The translations under genes and the position numbers were made by a program. Under the pieces are notes generated by a model. The model saw only the letters and a program-made list of their open reading frames with translations, was not told the origin of the DNA and did no database searches. Below, piece after piece: positions 47,156 through 56,278 of a DNA stretch of 64,000 nt; position 1 is the stretch's first letter; the number at the start of each line of letters is the position of its first letter. The stretch comes from an uncultured Candidatus Sumerlaeota bacterium (GTDB lineage Bacteria > Sumerlaeota > Sumerlaeia > MWCT01 > JAGHBZ01). The stretch spans positions 41,742 through 105,741 of the forward strand of contig CAZSMK010000068.1 in NCBI GenBank assembly GCA_964608095.1, given 5' to 3'.

Positions 47156-48622
47156 ATGAATTACGAAGGCAAGGCGCTGACCATCGCCGGCTCCGATTCA
47201 GGAGGAGGAGCCGGGATTCAAGCGGACTTGAAAACATTCCAGACCTTTAACGTGTTCGGTATGTCTGCCATAACATCTGTAACGTCACAAAATACAACAG
47301 GGGTGCGTTCTATTCATAACGTACACCCCGACATTGTGGGTGATCAGATAGATATGATCATGACTGATATGGGAACTGATGCGGGTAAGACCGGCATGGT
47401 CTCAACAAAAGACATAATAGAAATCGTGGCTGAAAAAATCGAAAAATACCGCATCGAAAAATTGGTCGTGGACCCCGTTATGGTTGCAAAGAGCGGAACG
47501 CGTCTCCTTCAACAGGATGCAGAAAAGGCCCTTATAGAAAAACTATTACCGACCGCTCTCCTCGTAACCCCTAATGTTTTTGAGGCGGAGATACTGAGCG
47601 GTACAACAATCCGCGGAATCGAGGACGCCGAGAAAGCGGCGGGCATCATCCAGGGCAAAGGGGTAAGGTTAGTCCTTTTGAAAGGCGGTCACCTTCCCGG
47701 CGAAAAGGCAATTGATATCCTGTTTGATGGAGAAAAGTATAGTTACTATGAATCTGAAAGAATCGACACACAAAATACCCATGGAACAGGCTGCACGTTT
47801 TCTTCAGCGATAACCGCCGGATTATCGAAAGGGTTGAATGTTCACAACGCAATCAAAGTGGCGAAAGATTTCATTACAAGAGCCATACGAAACGCACCGG
47901 ATAATATAGGTAAAGGGCGGGGTCCTCTATATCATAATATTAAGCCCGCGGAGGTCTCGACTTTTGAAGAATATGCTGAAGATTTTGATAGGTGGTTTGA
48001 CCATAATAAGATCGTTTTTGAATCTGAACTGCTGGCGGAACAACATTTTTTAAGAGACCCTAAAGAGGCGGTGAGTATTGGAGTGGGAAGCGGATTATTT
48101 GCTTCGAGATTGGGCATTACCTATGGGGTAGAACCTTCGAAGGAGATGGCTAAGTTGGCGGAAAAACGCGGGATTAAGGTGAAGATAGGCACTGCTGAAC
48201 GTATCCCTTTTGAAAATGACCGATTCGATACGGTACTACTGAGTACGGTACTCTCCTATGTAGATGATCCACAGAAAGCTATAGAGGAGGCTTTCCGTAT
48301 CTTGAAACCCAATGGACATGTTGTTGTTTCGTTTCTGGCAAGAGAAGGTTCTTATGCCATGATGTATGATCTGGCATATCTGAGAGGAAAGCACGACCCC
48401 CTCACTGCCCCTAAATATCCTTATCCCATCGAATTCATTAAAAATGCTCATTGGCTATCTAAAAGCGAGGTTGAGCATCTTTTGAAGGAAGCCGGGTTTG
48501 TTGATTTAAAATATGTGCAAACATTTACAAAACATCCCAGATATACCAATGACATGATAGAAGAACCAATAGAGGGATACGAAAAAGGCGATTACATCGT
48601 TGTTCAAGGGAGAAAACCATGA
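47156..48622 (+). CDS. thiD: Hydroxymethylpyrimidine/phosphomethylpyrimidine kinase ThiD fused to a C-terminal class I SAM-methyltransferase domain
   Basis: 488 aa. Residues 1-260 are ThiD (GSDSGGGAGIQADLKT, VVDPVMVAKSG, HGTGCTFSSAI). Residues 280-488 are a Methyltransf_11-like domain (SIGVGSGLFASRLG, ILKPNGHVVVSF). Confidence 0.75.
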   Translation: MNYEGKALTIAGSDSGGGAGIQADLKTFQTFNVFGMSAITSVTSQNTTGVRSIHNVHPDIVGDQIDMIMTDMGTDAGKTGMVSTKDIIEIVAEKIEKYRIEKLVVDPVMVAKSGTRLLQQDAEKALIEKLLPTALLVTPNVFEAEILSGTTIRGIEDAEKAAGIIQGKGVRLVLLKGGHLPGEKAIDILFDGEKYSYYESERIDTQNTHGTGCTFSSAITAGLSKGLNVHNAIKVAKDFITRAIRNAPDNIGKGRGPLYHNIKPAEVSTFEEYAEDFDRWFDHNKIVFESELLAEQHFLRDPKEAVSIGVGSGLFASRLGITYGVEPSKEMAKLAEKRGIKVKIGTAERIPFENDRFDTVLLSTVLSYVDDPQKAIEEAFRILKPNGHVVVSFLAREGSYAMMYDLAYLRGKHDPLTAPKYPYPIEFIKNAHWLSKSEVEHLLKEAGFVDLKYVQTFTKHPRYTNDMIEEPIEGYEKGDYIVVQGRKP

Positions 48623-49278
48623 AAATCTCAGAACGGCTACGAAAGGATGCAGACCATATATGGAAGAGAATATTTGAACATCCATTTGTGGTGGAACTCT
48701 ATAGTGGCGCGTTACCAATAGACAAGTTCAAATTCTATATTCTTCAAGACTACAACTATCTCATTTCTGCAATAAAAAACTTCAACATAATTTGTTCCAG
48801 GGCGGAGTCGGTAGATGCAATAAAAGAGCTGGTCGAGATAATACATCTCGAAGCGGTCAGCGAATTCGAGGGCTACGAGACATTTCTTGGAAAACTGGGA
48901 TATACGATAAAAGATGCGGTCAATGTCGAGCCGAGTTTTGTAAACATTTCATACGTGAGCTTTCTTCTATCTACAAGCTCGTTGAAATCTTTCGGGGAAT
49001 CTCTCGCCTCCGTTCTTCCGTGTTTCTGGTCTTATGCCGATATCGCGGAATATCATAAAGACACATTGAAAAAGAACGAAAACGGATTATATGTAGAATG
49101 GGCTTCAGTATATCTGGCAGAATCTTATATCGATTTAGTCAACAAATTTAAAATGCTGGTAGATAACGTCGGCGACGAGACCCCGTATGAAAAATTAAGA
49201 GATACATTCATGACCGCAAGCAGGTACGAATATATGTATTGGGATGCGATGTACAACATGCATTCCTGGCCTGTTTAG
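48619..49278 (+). CDS. tenA: TenA/THI-4 family thiaminase II (aminopyrimidine aminohydrolase)
   Basis: 219 aa. HPFV..L..G.L....F..Y..QDY N-terminal pattern. C-terminal Y..M.W motif. ATGA overlap with the thiD fusion. Confidence 0.75.
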   Translation: MKISERLRKDADHIWKRIFEHPFVVELYSGALPIDKFKFYILQDYNYLISAIKNFNIICSRAESVDAIKELVEIIHLEAVSEFEGYETFLGKLGYTIKDAVNVEPSFVNISYVSFLLSTSSLKSFGESLASVLPCFWSYADIAEYHKDTLKKNENGLYVEWASVYLAESYIDLVNKFKMLVDNVGDETPYEKLRDTFMTASRYEYMYWDAMYNMHSWPV

Positions 49279-49353
49279 AGCCATGGTTAAATCGCCATAA
49301 CAAATGACGATATGCAGGCGCTATTTAATTTTATGATAATGTGAGGTTGAAAC

Positions 49354-50319
49354 ATGACAAACAATCCGAAAATGTTGGCGTTTGGTCCTGTTCCATCAAG
49401 ACGTCTGGGGCATAGCATGGGAATAAATAACATCCCGCCTAAAATCTGTACCTATTCCTGTGTCTACTGTCAGGTAGGAAGAACCATGAATATGCAGGTT
49501 AAGCGGAGGGCATTTTATAAACCGGAAGAAATTGCCCAAGCCGTTGAAGAAAAATTAAAAGAAGCAAAAAAGCGGGAAGAACGTGTAGACTATCTCACTT
49601 TTGTACCGGACGGAGAACCCACCCTGGATGCCAATCTCGGTCGCGCGATCGAACTCTTGAAACCTCTCGGGGTCAAGATTGCGGTTATTACGAATGCATC
49701 CCTTATCTGGCTCGAGGATGTCAGACGCGATTTGCTTAAAGCGAATTGGGTATCTTTGAAGGTGGATTCTATCAATGAAGAGGTCTGGCGAAGGATTAAT
49801 CGTCCTCACCGATCTTTACATCTGGACTCGATTTTGGAGGGAATGCTCGAATTTGCTGAAAGTTTTCACGGGGAGTTGGTAACGGAAACTATGCTCGTCA
49901 AAGATGTTAATGACAGCAATGACACTATCAAGGAGATAGCGGATTTTTTACCCAAACTCAAACCCGCCATAATTTATTTATCTGTGCCTACAAGACCACC
50001 GGCGGAAAAAGGGGTACAACTCCCCGACGAAAAAACCATCAATGAATCCTATCAAATACTCAGTGAAAAAAATGAACACGTTGAATATCTTATAGGGTAC
50101 GAAGGAAACGCTTTTGCGTTCACGGGAAATGTCGAAGAAGACTTGTTGAGCATAACATCGGTGCATCCCATGAGAGAAGACGCCGTAAAAGGGTTCATCT
50201 CGAAGGCGAACGCTGATCTGTCTCTTATTGATAAGCTGATCGGCGAAGATCGCCTCATCGAGACGAAGTATAGAGGGAAAAAATTCTATATAAGGAGGCT
50301 GCCACGATCACGCTTTTAG
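49354..50319 (+). CDS. Radical SAM enzyme, small, family undetermined
   Basis: 321 aa. CTYSCVYCQ (C-x3-C-x2-C) at residues 32-40 after GPVPSRRLGHSMGIN. Only three cysteines in total, so no auxiliary cluster. Confidence 0.75.
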   Translation: MTNNPKMLAFGPVPSRRLGHSMGINNIPPKICTYSCVYCQVGRTMNMQVKRRAFYKPEEIAQAVEEKLKEAKKREERVDYLTFVPDGEPTLDANLGRAIELLKPLGVKIAVITNASLIWLEDVRRDLLKANWVSLKVDSINEEVWRRINRPHRSLHLDSILEGMLEFAESFHGELVTETMLVKDVNDSNDTIKEIADFLPKLKPAIIYLSVPTRPPAEKGVQLPDEKTINESYQILSEKNEHVEYLIGYEGNAFAFTGNVEEDLLSITSVHPMREDAVKGFISKANADLSLIDKLIGEDRLIETKYRGKKFYIRRLPRSRF

Positions 50320-50476
50320 ATCGTCGCGTCTTTCTCTAATAGCGACATCCATATCCATACAATAATCTTCGATTCCCATCTTCTTTGCCCCATATTCTCG
50401 AGCACGCGTCGGCGGTTCATCTCGAACAGTAACGACTCATAGAGGATTTTAAACCTTACTATCAGGGAGAGAAATA

Positions 50477-51109
50477 GTGTCGGAAATTGATCGTCATACC
50501 GAGAAGGTGGCCGGAAAACCCGGCATTTTAAAAATGGTCAAGGAAGATATTCTAAGACTTTTAAGTGAACGCAAAGGAAAGGTCTCGTTGAATAGTGTAA
50601 AAGAAGAAATCAGGGTAATCTATTCTTGTATACCAAAAGCAATTGAGGATCTGGAAAAAGAGAGGCTTATTCAATACGAGCAAGGTTTCCTTGAATTGAC
50701 CGATGAGGGAAGAATAAAAGCAAAAGATGTTTTAAGAAAACACCTCGTCTTTGAAAATTACTTTAAACAGAGCAGATCCGAAAAAGAGGCGCATGAAATA
50801 GCCCATATTCTCGAGCATTATGTTTCCCGGGAAGTCATCGACAAAATAATAAAACTATCTACCTTCAAAAAAGAAGGTATCCCTCTCACAGAAGTTAAAC
50901 AATACCAGAAAGGTCTCGTCACCGATATCATGATTTCAGATGATACTGTTTTTGAAAGACTGGTCAGCATGGGAGTGTTGCCCGGCGAAAATATCATGCT
51001 TCTAAGTGAACTACCCCATACCGCCATCGTTGAAATAAAGAATAAAAAATTTGCTTTAGATAAAGACATCGCGAAGAAGATCAAGGTGTTACTACATGAA
51101 GAATCTTAA
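50477..51109 (+). CDS. DtxR/MntR-family metal-dependent transcriptional regulator with C-terminal FeoA-like SH3 domain
   Basis: 210 aa. GTG start. LTDEGRIKAKDVLRKHLVFENYF and EAHEIAHILEHYVS match the DtxR metal-site/dimerisation region. C-terminal GLVTDIMISDDTVFERLVSMGVLPGENIMLL is a FeoA-type SH3. 14-bp overlap with feoB. Confidence 0.65.
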   Translation: MSEIDRHTEKVAGKPGILKMVKEDILRLLSERKGKVSLNSVKEEIRVIYSCIPKAIEDLEKERLIQYEQGFLELTDEGRIKAKDVLRKHLVFENYFKQSRSEKEAHEIAHILEHYVSREVIDKIIKLSTFKKEGIPLTEVKQYQKGLVTDIMISDDTVFERLVSMGVLPGENIMLLSELPHTAIVEIKNKKFALDKDIAKKIKVLLHEES

Positions 51110-52982
51110 CATCCTCCTGGTCGGTCAACCGAATGTGGGCAAATCATCGTTGCTTAACGCATTGGTCGGTCCAAGGGTAGTGGTATCTAATTATCCGGGA
51201 ACCACCGTTGAAATTACCCAAGCCAAAAAGGTGTTTAATGATACAACCATCAATTTTGTTGATACTCCGGGAATATATTCCATATCCGACCAAAGCGAAG
51301 AAGAAAAAGTTACTGAAAAGGCTTTGTTCGAAGGAGACGTAGATGGAGTAATAGTCATTGCCGATGCCACTTCTCTTGAAAGAAGCCTTTATATGGCTTT
51401 GCAAGTATTGGAATCTCGAATCCCTGTCGTTTTAGCCCTTAACTTCATAGAACAAGCCCAAAAGAGGGGTATCAACATTGAGTATAACAAATTGGAAATG
51501 CTCCTGAACATTCGGGTGGTTCCTGTAAATCCATTAACCCGGAAAGGCATACATGAGCTTTTACATACCGTATCCGGCATCAAAGAGACGATTGAAGACG
51601 GCTTTAAAATTGAATACGATGACCATATAGAAAACGCCATACATAAAATCTCCGCCCACGTACAAGGGGATTTGCCAAAACGATTTATTGCGGTTCGGGC
51701 CCTCGAAGAAGACGAGGATTTCTATAAATATCTCGATAAAAGGGAAATTATCAAAGAGGTTAAAAAGGAATTAACAGATCACCCGAGAGTTGCAGAAGAT
51801 ATATGCATTATGAGGTATGGTACGGCTTCATTCATCGCCGGTAAGGTAACCGACATTATTCCCCTCAAGGATCAAAAGGGATTTGAAGAGAAAATCGACA
51901 GCGTTCTCTTACACAAAATCTTGGGCCCTTTTGCCACCGGTCTTTTTCTGCTCCTTACCTTCGGTATCTTGTTATATCTCGGCAATTCAATTCAAGAGAT
52001 TCTCATGAGCCAGACCGAAAACCTTTTGTTTTCTTTTGGTGAAAGAGAACAATCATTCTTTTCTTTAGTTTTGACCCATGGCTTAACCGGTGTTGCTGCG
52101 GGTGTTTCTATTGCTTTACCTTATGTATTCTTGTTTTATATACTGTTAGGCTTGTTGGAAGATATAGGCATCCTTTCCAGATTTATCGTTAATGCAGAGA
52201 GGCTTTTGAGACTATTAAGGCTTCCGGGAAAATCGTTTATTCCTTTGGCATTGGGCTTAGGATGTACCGTTCCGGCAACAAGAGCTTCCAGAATCCTGGC
52301 AACTAAAGAGGCACGATTTTATACCGCCTCTTTATTTGCGTTTGTTCCTTGCTCCAGCAGGATGGCTATAATTATGGGAATAGGCGGATTTTACGGCGGT
52401 ATTAAACTGGCTTTTTTTATCTTCGCTTCTTTGATTGGCGCCGGGCTTATCTGGATTTTTTCTATGAAAAGAATCTTCCATATAAAAAGTGAACCGCTTC
52501 TCTTGGAACTTCCACCTTATAGAATGCCCATATTGAGCAATCTTCTCGCTAAAAGCTGGATTAGAATGAAGGATTTCGTGTACCTGGTCATACCACTCTT
52601 AATCCTCGGGGGGGTACTCTACGGGGTTTTAAATGGCTTCGGCCTTACCGACATCATAGTGGAGCCGCTCTCACCGATTTCCTCCTGGTTGAGTTTACCG
52701 GCTGTTGCCGTTATCCCGTTGGTATTCGGATTCTTACAAAAAGATTTGACCGGGGCGATGCTTATCTCAGTCCTGGGTATTAATATATCTTCAGCGCTAA
52801 CACCTCTTCAAATTTATACATTTGCAGTAGCAACCACGCTGGGGATTCCATGCATAATTGCGGCAGGAATGCTCATTAAAGAATTTGGATTCAAAAAAGC
52901 GATTCTTTTAACAGTAATATCAATACTCTACGGTATTTTATTTGCCGGCTTAGCCTGGAGAATAATCTCGCTCTTTGTATAA
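51096..52982 (+). CDS. feoB: Ferrous iron transport protein B
   Basis: 628 aa. N-terminal G-domain GQPNVGKSSLLNAL, DTPG. Gate motifs. Polytopic C-terminal permease. Confidence 0.9.
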   Translation: MKNLNILLVGQPNVGKSSLLNALVGPRVVVSNYPGTTVEITQAKKVFNDTTINFVDTPGIYSISDQSEEEKVTEKALFEGDVDGVIVIADATSLERSLYMALQVLESRIPVVLALNFIEQAQKRGINIEYNKLEMLLNIRVVPVNPLTRKGIHELLHTVSGIKETIEDGFKIEYDDHIENAIHKISAHVQGDLPKRFIAVRALEEDEDFYKYLDKREIIKEVKKELTDHPRVAEDICIMRYGTASFIAGKVTDIIPLKDQKGFEEKIDSVLLHKILGPFATGLFLLLTFGILLYLGNSIQEILMSQTENLLFSFGEREQSFFSLVLTHGLTGVAAGVSIALPYVFLFYILLGLLEDIGILSRFIVNAERLLRLLRLPGKSFIPLALGLGCTVPATRASRILATKEARFYTASLFAFVPCSSRMAIIMGIGGFYGGIKLAFFIFASLIGAGLIWIFSMKRIFHIKSEPLLLELPPYRMPILSNLLAKSWIRMKDFVYLVIPLLILGGVLYGVLNGFGLTDIIVEPLSPISSWLSLPAVAVIPLVFGFLQKDLTGAMLISVLGINISSALTPLQIYTFAVATTLGIPCIIAAGMLIKEFGFKKAILLTVISILYGILFAGLAWRIISLFV

Positions 52983-52988
52983 ATTGGG

Positions 52989-54734
52989 TCAGGGCGTGCG
53001 CTTCACATAAATCTCTTCGCAATTCCACAACACTCGATGACGCAACGCCGTCGGTTTCACATTTCCGTAAGTATTTCGTACCGCCACGTAAGCAATAGGA
53101 TTCACGGTATAGATCATGAACTGTTCATCCGCAAGGATACGCTGTACCTCAAAGAAATACTCTTTCTGCTTCTCAAACTCCGGCTCTTTAATCAATTTGT
53201 TCATGAGTTCGTCAATTCGTGCCTCTGCCTCAGTCGCCGGCGTCTCTTGTTCTGGATACCATTCATGAGTTCTACCGGAAGAAAGATAGACGTTAAGACC
53301 GTGAACCGGTTCAACTCCACCTGTCAACCCGAGCAGGCATGCTTCATAATCGTAAGAATCAGCCAGTCTCACCACCAAAGTGTTGAAGTCCACCATCTTC
53401 ATTCGCGCATCCAAACCTATCTCGCGTAAACTATCCGTAATAATGTTTCCTATTTTTTCGCGATACTGGTTTTCGCGGTTCGTAATAATGTTGAACGAAA
53501 TTTTATTCCCTTGCGGGTCTTCCCGGATACCGTCTTTATCGCGGTCTTTATAATTCAGGTTATCGAGAAGGGATTTCGCTTTTCCCGGATCGTATTGAAA
53601 CTTGGAGACATCGGGATTATGCCATCGTTTATCGGCGGGGCTTACAGGACCAAACACCGGAACCGCACGCCCACGGTACACCGCCCTTATAATACCGGGT
53701 CTGTTGACTGCATGCGATACCGCGCGCCGAAAATCTCGCTCCCGAAACCACTTCAACTTTTTGGGGGAAACAAAGGGCTTTCCCGTTTCAGTATTGGTTT
53801 CTGGATTAAGGTTGAACCAGAGATGATTGGTTCCCAACGACGGTCCAACATCGTAAATCGTATAATTACCCTTTTTTTCATCTTGTTTTAATGTCAGGTA
53901 CTGATCTCCGAAAAAATCGTAAAAATCCGTCTCGTTCGCCTGAAATTTTACCAGCATGGAGTTCGTGTCCGGAACATTGAGGAAAATAATATTCTCGAGA
54001 TAGGGGAGTCGCGTACCCGCGCTATCGACTTTCCAATAATAAGGATTAGGCTTAAGTACGGTTTTCTCGCCGGAAACGTAGTTTCCAAGAGTAAACGCTC
54101 CGTTCACCACCATATCCTCAGGTTTTACATCGAGATTGTAGGTCTGAGTGAATGTCCCCTCTTTGAGCGCCCTCTCGAGCTTATGTTTGGGAATGATGGG
54201 CGCGCCGATAACGGCTATAAATGGTCCATAGGTATCCGGCAATACGACCTTCACGGTGAACGCATCAATCTTCTCTACCTTGAAATATTTACCGTCAACC
54301 TGGAGCAGCGATTTCAGCGCTGTGGGAACATTTTCATTATATATAACGTCAAACGTGAACACCACGTCGTCCGCGGTCAACGGTGTACCGTCAGACCACC
54401 TTACTCCACGCCGAAGATGAAATGTCCATATCTTGTAATCCTCCGAATGTTCCCATCTTTTGGCAAGTCCCGACTCATATTGTTGTGTATTATTGTCAAA
54501 TTCAACAAGAGCCGAATACATTCGGTTGAGAATATCGCTCGAAGAGGTCTCGTTTGTTGTAATGACGTTGAATGTCTTGGGATCGCCGAGGGCGGCAGAT
54601 ATTATACTCCCGAACTTTTTACCTTTCTTGATATCGGTCACTACGAACAGGTCCTCCGTGGCTTTTTCCTGTGCACAAATCGATGAAAAAACCATACTGC
54701 CAAGGAGGATTAAAAGAATTGTCTTGCTCCTCAT
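52989..54734 (-). CDS. ABC transporter substrate-binding protein, family 5 (oligopeptide/nickel type)
   Basis: About 581 aa from MRSKTILLILLG (signal peptide; GAGG 9 nt upstream). SBP_bac_5 length and motifs (WSDGTPLTADDVVFTF). Confidence 0.8.
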   Translation of the reverse strand: MRSKTILLILLGSMVFSSICAQEKATEDLFVVTDIKKGKKFGSIISAALGDPKTFNVITTNETSSSDILNRMYSALVEFDNNTQQYESGLAKRWEHSEDYKIWTFHLRRGVRWSDGTPLTADDVVFTFDVIYNENVPTALKSLLQVDGKYFKVEKIDAFTVKVVLPDTYGPFIAVIGAPIIPKHKLERALKEGTFTQTYNLDVKPEDMVVNGAFTLGNYVSGEKTVLKPNPYYWKVDSAGTRLPYLENIIFLNVPDTNSMLVKFQANETDFYDFFGDQYLTLKQDEKKGNYTIYDVGPSLGTNHLWFNLNPETNTETGKPFVSPKKLKWFRERDFRRAVSHAVNRPGIIRAVYRGRAVPVFGPVSPADKRWHNPDVSKFQYDPGKAKSLLDNLNYKDRDKDGIREDPQGNKISFNIITNRENQYREKIGNIITDSLREIGLDARMKMVDFNTLVVRLADSYDYEACLLGLTGGVEPVHGLNVYLSSGRTHEWYPEQETPATEAEARIDELMNKLIKEPEFEKQKEYFFEVQRILADEQFMIYTVNPIAYVAVRNTYGNVKPTALRHRVLWNCEEIYVKRTP

Positions 54735-54836
54735 TTTGTAGTACCTCGCCTTCTTTATGATTAAGAATAGCATTCTTAGCTTTTCAGATCAAACCGAACT
54801 ATTCAACTTATTTTATGGCATAATAACTGTAGATTT

Positions 54837-56108
54837 TCAACGCCCCGGAGGGCGGGTAGGCTTCTTGTCCCGTTCGCGACATGGAAGAATAATCCTGAAC
54901 GTGGTTCCTTGCCCCGGAGAAGAGGATACAGAAATTTCTCCGCCGAGCTCATCAACGATATTTTTACATATGTAGAGCCCGAGACCCGCTGCTTCGGAAC
55001 TGTCGCGGGTACTGAAAAAGGGCGTGAAAAGCTCCGATAAATGTTCCGATTTAATTCCCGGTCCAGTATCCTTGATTTCAATCATAATCTTCCCTTTGCT
55101 GAACGACGTGGAAAGAAACAAGTCGCCTTTGCCGCCCATGGCCTGGTACGCGTTGAGTATTATGTTCGAGAACAGCTGAATTAACTTATAGGGGTTGGCA
55201 TATATCGGCGGTATGCCATCGGCAAAATGTTTGACCACCTCGATATTTTGCCGCTCGTAGCGCACAAGGTTGGCTGAACGGGAGAGCATGTCGTTAATGT
55301 CCACAAACTCTTCCTGCTCGTCTGAAGCTCGAACGAAGCGCTCTATTCCCAATTCGTTCAATATCGAAAAAAAGAGGTGCACTTGTTGCTGCAACCCTTG
55401 AAACGTCTCTTTCAATTCATCCCGTGTCGCCACTTCTTTTCTCTCAAGCATATCGCCGATCTCTTGTTTGATATTCAGCACCGGTTTCTTGATATCGTGA
55501 AAAATATTGGCGGTCAGTTGTCCGGCAAGAGCCAGCCGTTCAAGCCGCAGCAATTCCTGATCTTTCTCTTTTAGCGCAATTGTGGCGGCGGTTATAACCT
55601 CCTGTTGCCGATAGACACGAACAAGAAGCACGGCAAGCGAGACAATAAGAAGCACGGCAAAACTAATAATAGCGAACTTTATCCCGTTTAGAAGCGCCTC
55701 GTTGAGCTTGAGATAGAGGACTCCATAGTCCTCGCCGTTGGAAGAAAGAACCACTCGTCGCCAGCCGCTCTCGATCAATTCCTTTTTCCATTGAGGATTA
55801 ATCGCTGCAAGATAAAAGGGATAAACCGTAATTTCTCTATCCGGCTTGAGCATCTTGGCAACCACAATATCGTTGATATAGATATTCCTGTTTCGTCGCG
55901 CAAGATATTCGATCTGGGAAAACTTTATCCTTACATCCTCCGGGCTTTTGAGCACCTCTTCCTGGCTGAATAATGCAGACGTACTCTGTATAGCGGTTCG
56001 GAGATCCTTGTCGAAACGTGTTTTCAGCCAGATTAGAACCGCCAGACCGAAAAACAAGAATACGATATTGGCTACAAAAATCGGAATATTTCGTCGCTCA
56101 TACGTCAT
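54837..56108 (-). CDS. Sensor histidine kinase (two TM, periplasmic loop, HisKA, HATPase_c), orphan
   Basis: 423 aa. H-box region ANIFHDIKKP. N/G boxes (NAYQAM, DTGPGI, GLGLYICKNIV). No adjacent response regulator. Confidence 0.8.
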   Translation of the reverse strand: MTYERRNIPIFVANIVFLFFGLAVLIWLKTRFDKDLRTAIQSTSALFSQEEVLKSPEDVRIKFSQIEYLARRNRNIYINDIVVAKMLKPDREITVYPFYLAAINPQWKKELIESGWRRVVLSSNGEDYGVLYLKLNEALLNGIKFAIISFAVLLIVSLAVLLVRVYRQQEVITAATIALKEKDQELLRLERLALAGQLTANIFHDIKKPVLNIKQEIGDMLERKEVATRDELKETFQGLQQQVHLFFSILNELGIERFVRASDEQEEFVDINDMLSRSANLVRYERQNIEVVKHFADGIPPIYANPYKLIQLFSNIILNAYQAMGGKGDLFLSTSFSKGKIMIEIKDTGPGIKSEHLSELFTPFFSTRDSSEAAGLGLYICKNIVDELGGEISVSSSPGQGTTFRIILPCRERDKKPTRPPGR

Positions 56109-56278
56109 GGTAGCTATACTCTTTTTACCATTTGAATAATTTTTCCATCAAGGTTTTATTGGGTTTCGAGATAACGCCTCATCAATAGGTCGATGAGTCC
56201 TGTAACGACAGAGCTGTAGAGTTGATCGTCTCACTATGCATGTTAGAATAAAGTTTGGACGCAGGAGGAACGGACAGA

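Noticed and set aside
46671-50319. Idea that the NifX-like protein plus the radical SAM enzyme form a split NifB
   Set aside because: The radical SAM protein has only the three CxxxCxxC cysteines and none of the additional NifB cluster ligands, and is too short for a NifB radical SAM domain
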